Part shown: one piece after another, positions 27,736 through 36,056 of the stretch
Layout of the letters: every line of letters starts with the position of its first letter
Position numbering within the stretch: position 1 is the stretch's first letter
From: Pseudomonadota bacterium
Lineage (GTDB): Bacteria > Pseudomonadota > Gammaproteobacteria > Burkholderiales > JACQAP01
Direction: 5' to 3'
DNA length: 64,000 nt
Assembly: GCA_038040175.1 (NCBI GenBank)
Contig: JBBPIT010000001.1
Coordinates: forward strand, 12,161 to 76,160
Notes under the pieces: generated by a model
The model's input: the letters and a program-made list of their open reading frames with translations, nothing else
The model's database searches: none
Told to the model about the DNA's origin: nothing
Translations under genes and position numbers: made by a program

Positions 27736-28227
27736 TCAATGGCGGCCGTCGTGACCGGCGCCGTGGTCGCCCGCGCGCACGATCGCGGTCACCGCTATTT
27801 TGTGCGCGCGCTTGCCGGCATCTTCGATCACCAGCGTAAGCGGCACTTTCTCCCCGGCAACCAGCGGCTTCTTCAGATCGAACAGCATCACGTGGTAGCC
27901 GCCGGGCGTCAGTTTCACCGGCCTGCCCGCGGGCAGATCGAGCGCTTCGACCGCGCGCATCCTCATGGTGCCGCCGTCCATCGTCATCGAGTGCACTTCT
28001 GCGGCACCCGCGAGCGGACTGGCCACCCCGGTAAGCCGCGCGTCGCGCGGGCTGACGATCTCCATGTAAACACCTCCCACCTTCTGGCCGGGCACCGTGG
28101 CCCGAGCCCAGGGGTCGATCACACGGATTGCGTCCGCCGCCGGCGCCGCTGCCGAAGCCATCACGGCGGCAATCAACGACAGGCGCGCCACAGCGCGAAG
28201 GAGGCTGGTTCTGAAACGAGTCGTCAT
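27736..28227 (-). CDS. Periplasmic copper chaperone PCu(A)C (DUF461)
   Basis: Trimmed to MTTRFRTSLL (signal peptide). Cu(I) motif residues in EVHSMTMDGGTMRM ... GGYHVML. Confidence 0.8.
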   Translation of the reverse strand: MTTRFRTSLLRAVARLSLIAAVMASAAAPAADAIRVIDPWARATVPGQKVGGVYMEIVSPRDARLTGVASPLAGAAEVHSMTMDGGTMRMRAVEALDLPAGRPVKLTPGGYHVMLFDLKKPLVAGEKVPLTLVIEDAGKRAHKIAVTAIVRAGDHGAGHDGRH

Positions 28228-28290
28228 GGTGTCCCGAACTGAGATCGCGAAAGGCGCGCATTGTTCCAGAGGGCGCGGCGTCACGCAACT

Positions 28291-28320
28291 TTGGGGGGGC
28301 GAGGGTACGTGATATATAAT
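28291..28320 (+). promoter_or_regulatory. Candidate sigma-70 promoter of dacC (TTGGGG-N18-TATAAT) containing a G7 tract
   Basis: A perfect TATAAT at 28315-28320, rare in this GC-rich context, sits 15 nt upstream of the ATG at 28336. The G7 run is at 28293-28299. Confidence 0.3.
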
Positions 28321-28335
28321 CCGTTTCGCTCCAGC

Positions 28336-29475
28336 ATGATGAGAATTTTCGCCGCATTATTCGTCTGGTTCGGCAGCACCCTGGCTTTTGCCCAGGCCCC
28401 GTTGAACGGCGCAGTCGCGCTCGGACCCCTCGCCTCCAAGTCGTATCTCTTGGTGGACATGCTCAGCCAGCAGGTCCTGGCCGTCAAGAATCCCGACGAG
28501 CGCGTTGAACCGGCGTCGCTTACCAAGTTGATGACCGCCTACGTGGTGTTCGACGCTTTGCGCCAGAAACGCGTCACGCTGTCACAGCCGGTGACGATTT
28601 CGGAGAAGGCCTGGCGCGCGCCCGGCTCGCGCATGTTTCTGGACCCGGGCAAGACCGTCGCGATCGAGGACCTGCTGCACGGCATGATCGTGCAGTCAAG
28701 CAACGACGCGTCTATCGCGCTGGCGGAAGGCATTGCCGGCAGCGAAGAAGCCTTTGTCGAGCAGATGAACCGCGAGGCCGCGCGCCTCGGCCTAAGAAAC
28801 TCGAATTTCGTCAATGCGCCCGGGCTGCCGAACCCGCGGCATTACTCCACGGCCGCCGACCTGGCGCAGTTGTCGGCGGCGATCATCCGCGAGTTTCCGG
28901 AGTATTTTCCGATGTACCGGTTGCGCGAGTTCCGCTACAACAACATCACCCAGTACAACCGCAACCGCCTGCTCGGGCGCGACCCTTACGTGGACGGCCT
29001 CAAGACCGGCTACACCGAGAGCGCCGGCTTCTGCATGATCGCCACCTCACAGCGCAACGGCCGGCGCCTGATCGCCGTGGTGATCGACGCCGGTTCGGAA
29101 GGCGGCCGCGCGGCGGAGGCGCAAAGGCTCCTCAACTACGGATTCGAGGCCTTCGACACCGTAAAGCTCTACGCCAGGGGGCAGCCGGTGCATCAGCTGC
29201 CGGTATGGAAAGGCAACAGCGAACAATTGCAGGCGGGATTCAGCGACGATTATTACGTCACCATTCCGAAGGGGTTTGCCGACCGCCTCAAGGCCCGGCT
29301 GGAGAGCATGCAACCGCTGATCGCGCCGATCCGCGCGGGAGATAGGGTCGGAACGCTGCGCCTGACTTTCGACGGCCAGCCCTTCGGCGAGCGCACCGTC
29401 GTCGCCCTGCAGACCGTCGGCATCGCCAACCTGTTCGTGCGCGGATGGCACAGCCTGCGGCTGCTGTTCAACTGA
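28336..29475 (+). CDS. dacC: D-alanyl-D-alanine carboxypeptidase (PBP5/6 family)
   Basis: Signal peptide MMRIFAALFVWFGSTLAFA. SLTK (SxxK) and SSND (SxN) motifs. Confidence 0.85.
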   Translation: MMRIFAALFVWFGSTLAFAQAPLNGAVALGPLASKSYLLVDMLSQQVLAVKNPDERVEPASLTKLMTAYVVFDALRQKRVTLSQPVTISEKAWRAPGSRMFLDPGKTVAIEDLLHGMIVQSSNDASIALAEGIAGSEEAFVEQMNREAARLGLRNSNFVNAPGLPNPRHYSTAADLAQLSAAIIREFPEYFPMYRLREFRYNNITQYNRNRLLGRDPYVDGLKTGYTESAGFCMIATSQRNGRRLIAVVIDAGSEGGRAAEAQRLLNYGFEAFDTVKLYARGQPVHQLPVWKGNSEQLQAGFSDDYYVTIPKGFADRLKARLESMQPLIAPIRAGDRVGTLRLTFDGQPFGERTVVALQTVGIANLFVRGWHSLRLLFN

Positions 29476-29490
29476 CACACCGGCGCACAG

Positions 29491-30345
29491 ATGATCTACC
29501 TCAACGGCGAGTTCATGCCGATCGAACAGGCCAGGATCCCGGTGCTCGATCGCGGCTTCATCTTCGGCGACGGCGTGTACGAAGTGATTCCGGTGTACTC
29601 GCAGCATCCGTTCCGGCTCGCCGAGCATCTGCGGCGATTGCGGGCCAGCCTCGACGGCATCCGGCTCGCCAATCCCCATGACGACGCCGAATGGACGCGG
29701 CTGGTGCGCCGTCTGATCGAACTCAATGACCCCGAGGACCAGTCGCTGTACCTGCACGTCACCCGCGGCGTGGCGAAGCGCGATCACGCCTTCCCCAGAG
29801 GCGTGGCGCCGACCGTGTTCATGATGAGCAATGCACTTTCCACGCCGCCACGGGAGCAGGTGGAAAAGGGCGTGGGAGCGATCACGGCCGCCGACAACCG
29901 CTGGCTGCGCTGCGACATCAAGGCGATTGCGCTGCTGCCGAACGTGCTGTTGCGGCAACTCGCAGTGGATGCCGGTTGTGCCGAAGCCGTACTGTTGCGC
30001 GACGGCATCATGACCGAAGGCGCGGCCAGCAATATTTTCGTGGTCAAGGACGGCATTCTGCTGGCGCCGCCGAAGAACCATCTGATGCTGCCCGGCATCA
30101 CTTACGACGTGGTGCTGGAACTGGCGCAGGCCAACGGCATCAAACACGAGATTCGTCCGGTTCCGGAGTCCGAGCTGCGCGGCGCAGACGAGGCTTGGCT
30201 CACCTCTTCCACCAAGGAAGTGCTGGCGATCGTCAGGCTCGACGGCAAGGCCATCGGCGGCGGAGCGCCCGGGCCGGTGTTCAGGCGCATGTATGCGCTG
30301 TACCAGGAGTACAAGAAGCGCGTGATGCGCGCCCCGGAGGCATGA
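29491..30345 (+). CDS. dat: D-amino-acid transaminase (class IV aminotransferase)
   Basis: MIYLNGEFMPIEQARIPVLDRGFIFGDGVYEVIPVY... Confidence 0.8.
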   Translation: MIYLNGEFMPIEQARIPVLDRGFIFGDGVYEVIPVYSQHPFRLAEHLRRLRASLDGIRLANPHDDAEWTRLVRRLIELNDPEDQSLYLHVTRGVAKRDHAFPRGVAPTVFMMSNALSTPPREQVEKGVGAITAADNRWLRCDIKAIALLPNVLLRQLAVDAGCAEAVLLRDGIMTEGAASNIFVVKDGILLAPPKNHLMLPGITYDVVLELAQANGIKHEIRPVPESELRGADEAWLTSSTKEVLAIVRLDGKAIGGGAPGPVFRRMYALYQEYKKRVMRAPEA

Positions 30346-30608
30346 TGGAAGGCGAGAGCCTCATCGAATATCCGACCGACTTCCCGATCAAGGTCATGGG
30401 CAAGCGCGAGCCGCGGCTGGTGCAGACGATCGTCGAGATCGTGCGGCGCCACGCGCCGGACTTCGATCCGGCGACCGTGGAAATGCGCACCAGCAAGAAG
30501 AACAGCTACCTCAGCGTCACCTGCACCGTGCGCGCCACCTCGCGCGAGCAGCTCGATGCGCTGTACCAGGAGCTGTGCGATGATCCGATGGTGGTGATGG
30601 TGCTGTAA
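30342..30608 (+). CDS. ybeD: YbeD/DUF493 family protein
   Basis: MMEGESLIEYPTDFPIKVMGK.... ATGA overlap with the dat stop. Conserved position before lipB. Confidence 0.8.
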   Translation: MMEGESLIEYPTDFPIKVMGKREPRLVQTIVEIVRRHAPDFDPATVEMRTSKKNSYLSVTCTVRATSREQLDALYQELCDDPMVVMVL

Positions 30609-30612
30609 GGGC

Positions 30613-30648
30613 CGTGACGAACGTGACGGTCGTGACGAACGTGACAAG
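30613..30648. repeat. Four tandem 9-bp units CGTGACNNN
   Basis: CGTGACGAA CGTGACGGT CGTGACGAA CGTGACAAG. The last unit runs into the putative GTG start of lipB. Confidence 0.8.
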
Positions 30649-31322
30649 TGCCTCGTAACGCAAGGAAATTGGTGCAAACCGAAACTCACTTAGACCCGGC
30701 GCTCAGCACACGGCACGCAGCACTCGTAGTCCGCAGGCTCGGCTTGTCGGACTACGAGAAGACCTGGCGGGCGATGCAGAGCTTCACCGCGGCACGCAGC
30801 GCGGGCACCCCGGACGAACTCTGGCTGGTCGAGCACCCGCCGGTCTATACGCTCGGACTCAACGGCAAGCCGGAGCATCTGCCGCGGACCGAGAACGGCA
30901 TTCCCGTCATCAAAGTGGATCGCGGCGGGCAGATCACTTACCACGGTCCCGGGCAGATCGTCGTCTATACGCTGCTGGACCTGCGCCGCCGCGGTTTGGG
31001 AGTGCGGGCGCTGGTGCGGAGGCTGGAGAATGCGGTGATAGAATTGCTTGCGGACTACGGGATCGAGGCAAACGGCCGCGACGATGCGCCGGGCGTGTAT
31101 GTCGCCGGCGCAAAAGTGGCGGCGCTGGGTCTGCGTGTGCGCAACGGCTGCTGCTTCCACGGACTGAGCCTGAACGTGGACATGGACCTGTCGCCGTTCC
31201 AGGCGATCGATCCCTGCGGTTATCCAGGATTGCAGGTCACCCAGTTACGCGACCTGGGAATCGACGAACAAGCCGAAATGGTCGCGGACAAACTTCTTGC
31301 GAAACTGGCCAACGGAATCTGA
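30648..31322 (+). CDS. lipB: Octanoyltransferase LipB
   Basis: [20 protein letters not shown]...[14 protein letters not shown]...[12 protein letters not shown]. The start (GTG at 30648) is uncertain. Confidence 0.85.
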   Translation: MPRNARKLVQTETHLDPALSTRHAALVVRRLGLSDYEKTWRAMQSFTAARSAGTPDELWLVEHPPVYTLGLNGKPEHLPRTENGIPVIKVDRGGQITYHGPGQIVVYTLLDLRRRGLGVRALVRRLENAVIELLADYGIEANGRDDAPGVYVAGAKVAALGLRVRNGCCFHGLSLNVDMDLSPFQAIDPCGYPGLQVTQLRDLGIDEQAEMVADKLLAKLANGI

Positions 31323-31335
31323 GCAGGCTTCCCCA

Positions 31336-32277
31336 ATGTACGAAACCGTAATACGCGAAACCGGTGAGCAGAAGACCGCACGCAATCCGGTCAAGATCAT
31401 CCCGATCGCGCCGCTGAAGAAGCCGGAGTGGATCCGCGTCAAGGCGCCGGGCAGCCAGAAGTTCTACGAGGTCAAGCAGGCGCTGCGCGAACACAAGCTG
31501 CACACGGTGTGCGAGGAGGCCTCGTGCCCGAACATCGGCGAGTGCTTCGGCAAAGGCACGGCCACGTTCATGATCCTGGGCGATCTGTGCACGCGCCGCT
31601 GCCCGTTCTGCGACGTGGCGCACGGCCGGCCGCTTGCGCCCGACGCCGAAGAGCCGCTCAACCTGGCGAAAACCATCGCGGCGATGAAACTCAGGTATGT
31701 CGTCATCACCAGCGTGGACCGCGACGACCTGCGCGACGGCGGCGCGCAGCACTTCGCCGACTGCATCCGCGCGGTGCGCGAGCACTCCGCGCAGACCCGC
31801 ATCGAGGTGCTGGTACCCGACTTTCGCGGCCGTCTTGAAGTCGCGCTCGACAAGCTCTCGGCTTGCCCGCCGGACGTGATGAACCACAATCTCGAGACCG
31901 TGCTGCGACTGTACAAGCAGGCCCGCCCCGGCGCCGATTACCGCAATTCGCTGAAACTGCTGAAGGACTTCAAGGCGCGCTACCCGGAGATTCCCACCAA
32001 GTCCGGACTGATGGTGGGACTGGGCGAGACCGACGACGAAATACTGGAAGTGATGCGCGACCTGCGCGAACACGACGTGGAGATGCTCACCATCGGCCAG
32101 TACCTGCAACCGACCCGGGGGCACCTGCCGGTGCTGCGCTACGTCGAACCGGCGCGCTTCAGGCAATTCGAACTGGAAGCGCTGGCAATGGGATTCCGTC
32201 ACGCGGCCTGCGGGCCGCTGGTGCGTTCGAGCTACCACGCCGATGAGCAGGCGCAACTAGCCGGCGTAGTTGCATAG
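31336..32277 (+). CDS. lipA: Lipoyl synthase
   Basis: Trimmed to MYETVIRE.... Radical-SAM motifs [12 protein letters not shown] and CTRRCPFC. Confidence 0.92.
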   Translation: MYETVIRETGEQKTARNPVKIIPIAPLKKPEWIRVKAPGSQKFYEVKQALREHKLHTVCEEASCPNIGECFGKGTATFMILGDLCTRRCPFCDVAHGRPLAPDAEEPLNLAKTIAAMKLRYVVITSVDRDDLRDGGAQHFADCIRAVREHSAQTRIEVLVPDFRGRLEVALDKLSACPPDVMNHNLETVLRLYKQARPGADYRNSLKLLKDFKARYPEIPTKSGLMVGLGETDDEILEVMRDLREHDVEMLTIGQYLQPTRGHLPVLRYVEPARFRQFELEALAMGFRHAACGPLVRSSYHADEQAQLAGVVA

Positions 32278-32471
32278 CGGTAAGTGGGAAACTGGAAATA
32301 GGTAGAGGAACGGCAGTTCTACCCCACATTCCCCATTCCCTGTTTCCGAATCCCGGTTCCCTTCTCTCCGTACGCCGCCGTAGTTCACCGCATTTCTGTA
32401 AGTTGGACAGTAAGCGCCGTGGCGGCTAACATTGTCTTACTTCCAGTCTTACCGCGGATCGTCCATACATC

Positions 32472-32783
32472 ATGGAAACAGTAAAACTCTCCAGCAAAGG
32501 CCAGATCGTGATCCCGAAAGAGATCAGAGAGGCTCACAAGCTCACCCCGGGGACACAGTTCTTCATCTCTTTTGTAGGTGAAGAAATTCGGCTCGTGCCC
32601 GCTCCCGCTTATCCGAAGATCCGGGTTGAACAGGGATTGGGGATTCTCCACAAGAAAAACCGGACTCGGGTGACAGATGCGGAAATCGACAGGAAGATTG
32701 GGCAGATGCTGAACGCATCCGACAAGGCATTGGTCAATCAAGGGTCAAGAACAGCTTCCGGCCTGAAAGTCGCAACTCCGTAA
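32472..32783 (+). CDS. AbrB/MazE/SpoVT-domain protein (orphan antitoxin-like)
   Basis: METVKLSSKGQIVIPKEIREAHKLTPGTQF is a swapped-hairpin AbrB motif. It lies in a lower-GC islet. Confidence 0.55.
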   Translation: METVKLSSKGQIVIPKEIREAHKLTPGTQFFISFVGEEIRLVPAPAYPKIRVEQGLGILHKKNRTRVTDAEIDRKIGQMLNASDKALVNQGSRTASGLKVATP

Positions 32784-32834
32784 CCGAGCCTTGTTCGCTT
32801 CATGGCAAGCAGGAATCAACACTGTTTGCCGGGG

Positions 32835-33345
32835 CTAAGCCTCCCGCTTCAGTTCTTTCTCGATCGGCTTCGCCAGATCCTCGAAATCCGGCTCACCCTG
32901 GAAGCCGCGCACGATGCGCCCGCGTTTGTCGAGTAGGAAGTTCGTGAGCGTACCCTCCACACCGCCAAACACGCGCACTACCTGGCCAAAAAGGTCGAGC
33001 GCCACGTGAAAGGGCAGCCTGGTCTGCTCTGCATACCCAAATACCCGATCGGGCGGATCGTAAGACATTGCGACTGCGACGGTCCCGAATCCGCGGGGGT
33101 GGAACTTCTGGTAGGTCTCAACGATTTTCGGCATCTCGTGCATGCATATCGTGCACGTCGTTGCCCAGAAGTTCACCAGTATCCCTTTGCCCTTGAGCGA
33201 GGACATGGACGTGATCGCCCTTGAAGCCGATGAAGGTGACGTTCGGTACCGAGACCGGGCGGTTCAGTCCGGCGATGGTGCCGGCCGCCACGACGATCAG
33301 GACCAGGATTGCCCCGATCAGCGCGAACTTCTGAGCTGTTGCCAT
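32835..33345 (-). pseudogene. TlpA/redoxin-family membrane-anchored thioredoxin-like gene split by a 1-nt frameshift
   Basis: ORF 33118..33345 encodes the anchor MATAQKFALIGAILVLIVVAAG...NVTFIGFKGDHV. ORF 32835..33206, in another frame, continues SSLKGKGILVNFWATTCTICMHEMP.... The junction is near 33205-33215. Confidence 0.55.
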
Positions 33346-33361
33346 CAGCTATTCATCTCGC

Positions 33362-34462
33362 TCAGGCGGGGGCGGCTGTCGCCCTCTCGCCGAGCAGGGC
33401 CTCCGCGGCCTGGATCACGCGGCGCGCGGGCAGGTGTTGCAGGCAGTCGCTGAAGCTGGCCTCGTTGCGCCCGCAGCCTTCGAGCATGCACGGCACGCAA
33501 CGCGTTTCGCCCTGCACCAGCCTGACGTTGCCGACAGCCTGACTGCCGACCCGCTGCCACGGATTCCGGCGGGAATCGAAGCCCCGCGGCCATGGCCCCC
33601 ACTTTACCGGGTCCGACGGCCCGAACAGTGCAACGGTCGGCACGCCCAATGCGGCAGCCATGTGCGTCACCACGGTGTCGGGACCGACGTACACAGCGGC
33701 GCGGCTCAACAGCGCGCCGAGTTGCCCCAGGCTCAGCATCCCGGCCAGATTCAACGCGCTGCCGCCGGAGCGACGCACGATGTCCTCGCAGTACGCCATC
33801 TCGTCGGCCGCGCCGCCGGCGGAGAGGAATACCTGCAGCCCCTGGTGTTCCAGCCAACGCACCAGTTCCACCCAGCCGCGCGTGTGCCACATCTTGTAAT
33901 TGAACTTCGGAAACGGGTGCAGAACCGCGTAAGGCCGCGCGCGCAGCGGCGCAGCGACGAGTTCGTCGAGTGCGGATTCGTCCGCCGCGCTCCACGAAAC
34001 GATCACGTCGGCATGCGCAGGGACGCCGAGCGCTTCCACCAGTTGCAGGTTCATCCGCACCGTGTGCGTATCCAGATCGTCGAACGGCACCCGCACCTGC
34101 AGCAGCCGGGATATCCAGGATTCCTTGCGGGAGCTGGAAACCATTCCGCCGCGACGCCTGCCCGCAGCCCAGGCGTACAGGGTCGGCCGGTCCCCGGTGA
34201 GCAGCGACAGTGCGAGATCGTAGCGACGCCGCAACCGTGCCAGCAACTTGAGATGCTCGCCCAGCGTGGGGCGCGCCGGGACGGTGATTATCGAGTCGAG
34301 ATCCGGATTGGCCTCGAGCACGCCCTGCGTGCCGGCGAAAACCAGCGCGTGGATCTGCGCCTCAGGCCACGCCCTGCGCAGCGAACGCAATACCGGCGTA
34401 GCGAGCAGCACGTCTCCGATGCGGCGCGTGCAGATAACGAGCACGCTGCGTGGGGCGCTCAT
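33362..34462 (-). CDS. Glycosyltransferase family 9 (LPS heptosyltransferase-like)
   Basis: VLVICTRRIGDVLLATPVLRSLRRAWPEAQIHAL... and ...VYVGPDTVVTHMAAALGVPTVALFGPS. Confidence 0.8.
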   Translation of the reverse strand: MSAPRSVLVICTRRIGDVLLATPVLRSLRRAWPEAQIHALVFAGTQGVLEANPDLDSIITVPARPTLGEHLKLLARLRRRYDLALSLLTGDRPTLYAWAAGRRRGGMVSSSRKESWISRLLQVRVPFDDLDTHTVRMNLQLVEALGVPAHADVIVSWSAADESALDELVAAPLRARPYAVLHPFPKFNYKMWHTRGWVELVRWLEHQGLQVFLSAGGAADEMAYCEDIVRRSGGSALNLAGMLSLGQLGALLSRAAVYVGPDTVVTHMAAALGVPTVALFGPSDPVKWGPWPRGFDSRRNPWQRVGSQAVGNVRLVQGETRCVPCMLEGCGRNEASFSDCLQHLPARRVIQAAEALLGERATAAPA

Positions 34463-34479
34463 TCAGTCGGGCACTACGT

Positions 34480-35307
34480 TCATTTTAGGACTTCGGCGGA
34501 GAAATACCGGTCGAGGCCGATCTGCGCGCGGGTCTGATCCGAGCGCAGCAGTTCCTCCAGCCTTCTGCGGTTTTCCGGGAGCCGGCTCCTGTCGTTCTCC
34601 TTGTGCCAGAGATGAAAAACCGGCCCGGCGAAGCGCGCGCTCTTGTGGCGCACACCGGCATGCAGCAGCCGGATAACGAGATCCGAGTCTTCCAGCCCCC
34701 AGCCCGAGTAGCTTTCGTCGACGCCGTTCACCTCGAGCAGGTCCTCGCGCCACAGCGAGAGGTTGCAGGTCTTCGCGCCTTCCCACTTCTGCGGCGTCGT
34801 CTTGCGGAAAGCGCCGTCGGGCAGGCGCAGCAGCGGGATCCAGCGGTTGATCGCGCCGCGAAGCCAAGCGCTGATCCATTGCACGGTGCCCCACTCATGG
34901 ACCGGAATTTTGTGCTCCAGGACTTCGCCGGTGAACTTTTCGGAAAGCAGCACGCGGTTGCCCGACAGGAAATAGCCTCGCTCCGCCAGATGCCGGTGTG
35001 CGGAAACGAAGTAGCGCACCGGGATGCAGTCGCCGTCGGTGAAAATCACGTACTCGGCCTCGGTCGCCGCCACTGCGCGATTGCGCGCCGCGGCGACGCA
35101 GAATCCGCGGTCTTCCTGCCACACGTGCTTCATCGGAAACGGCGCGCGCGCGATGAACGCCTGCACCACCTTGCGCGTCTCGTCGGTCGAGCCGTCGTCG
35201 GCGACGATCAGCTCGAAATCCAGGTCGTCCTGCGCGAAGTATCCCTCCAGCACCGCGGCGAGCGCGTCCGGGCGGTTGTAGGACGAGACGATGACGGCGG
35301 TGCGCAT
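34480..35307 (-). CDS. Glycosyltransferase family 2
   Basis: Trimmed to MRTAVIVSSYNRPDALAAVLEGYFAQDDLDFELIVADDGSTDET. TGATG overlap with the upstream gene. Confidence 0.75.
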   Translation of the reverse strand: MRTAVIVSSYNRPDALAAVLEGYFAQDDLDFELIVADDGSTDETRKVVQAFIARAPFPMKHVWQEDRGFCVAAARNRAVAATEAEYVIFTDGDCIPVRYFVSAHRHLAERGYFLSGNRVLLSEKFTGEVLEHKIPVHEWGTVQWISAWLRGAINRWIPLLRLPDGAFRKTTPQKWEGAKTCNLSLWREDLLEVNGVDESYSGWGLEDSDLVIRLLHAGVRHKSARFAGPVFHLWHKENDRSRLPENRRRLEELLRSDQTRAQIGLDRYFSAEVLK

Positions 35308-36056
35308 CAGCGCTTCTCTTCGAGGAGCATGAGCTTCAGGTAGCGGTAGTAGGTGCCCTCGGCGTTCGACACCGCGAGCATGAACCCGTGCCGCCCGTCG
35401 AGGAATCCGGCGCGCAGGACATAGGTGCGGACGAAGGCCCAGCAGCCGTGCAGCAGCGCCCTGGAGAGCGAGCCGCTGTGGCCGCGCTCGCGCAGCATGC
35501 GCGCGTTGGCGCTGGAGTACTGGTCGACTTTGCGCAGCACCTCCTCGAAATCCTCGAAGGCGTGATGCACGAGATGATGCTTCAGGCGCCCGGTCGTGGC
35601 GTCGACGACGAGCCTCTCGTGCACCAGGTCGTCGGAAAACCGCGCCTTGCCGCGGCGGACGAGCCGCGTCACGTAATCCGGCCACCAGCCGCTATGGCGC
35701 ATGAAATGCCCGCAGTAGCTCGAGAGCCGCGGGATGTCGTACGCGTCGAATTCGGCGCCTCCAGAGACGATGGCCATGATCTCGTCGCGCAGTTCCGGAG
35801 TAACGCGCTCGTCGGCATCCAGCGAGAGCACCCATTCGCCGCCGGCCTGCGCCAGCGCCCGGTTCTTCTGCGGTCCGAAACCTGGCCAGTCCGTCGTTTC
35901 AACCACCCGCGCGCCGTCCGCGCGCGCAATCTCAACCGTGCGGTCGCTGCTCTGCGAATCCACCACCACGATTTCATCCGCCCAGGCGACGGAGGAGAGG
36001 CAGCGCTCGACGTTCGCCTCTTCGTTCTTGGTGATGATGACGACCGACAGCCTCAC
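35307..36056 (-). CDS. Glycosyltransferase family 2 (LPS-core type)
   Basis: Starts at the GTG at 36056 (GTGA overlap): VRLSVVIITKNEEANVERCLSSVAWADEIVVVDSQSSDRT. Confidence 0.75.
   Translation of the reverse strand: MRLSVVIITKNEEANVERCLSSVAWADEIVVVDSQSSDRTVEIARADGARVVETTDWPGFGPQKNRALAQAGGEWVLSLDADERVTPELRDEIMAIVSGGAEFDAYDIPRLSSYCGHFMRHSGWWPDYVTRLVRRGKARFSDDLVHERLVVDATTGRLKHHLVHHAFEDFEEVLRKVDQYSSANARMLRERGHSGSLSRALLHGCWAFVRTYVLRAGFLDGRHGFMLAVSNAEGTYYRYLKLMLLEEKR

Noticed and set aside
30613-30648. Short tandem repeats (9-mer x4, 11-mer x2 at 59121, 21-mer x2 at 53980) as a CRISPR array.
   Set aside because: The units are contiguous with no spacers, far too short and too few. No cas genes are present in the window.
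32385-32741. 118-aa minus-strand ORF in the lipA-tlpA islet.
   Set aside because: It is antisense to the AbrB-domain ORF, which has a clear family motif and a better start context. It has no recognisable domain.
33190-33230. Programmed ribosomal frameshift in the tlpA-like gene.
   Set aside because: There is no slippery heptamer, internal SD or downstream pseudoknot-like structure around the frame junction. A mutation or sequencing indel is more likely.
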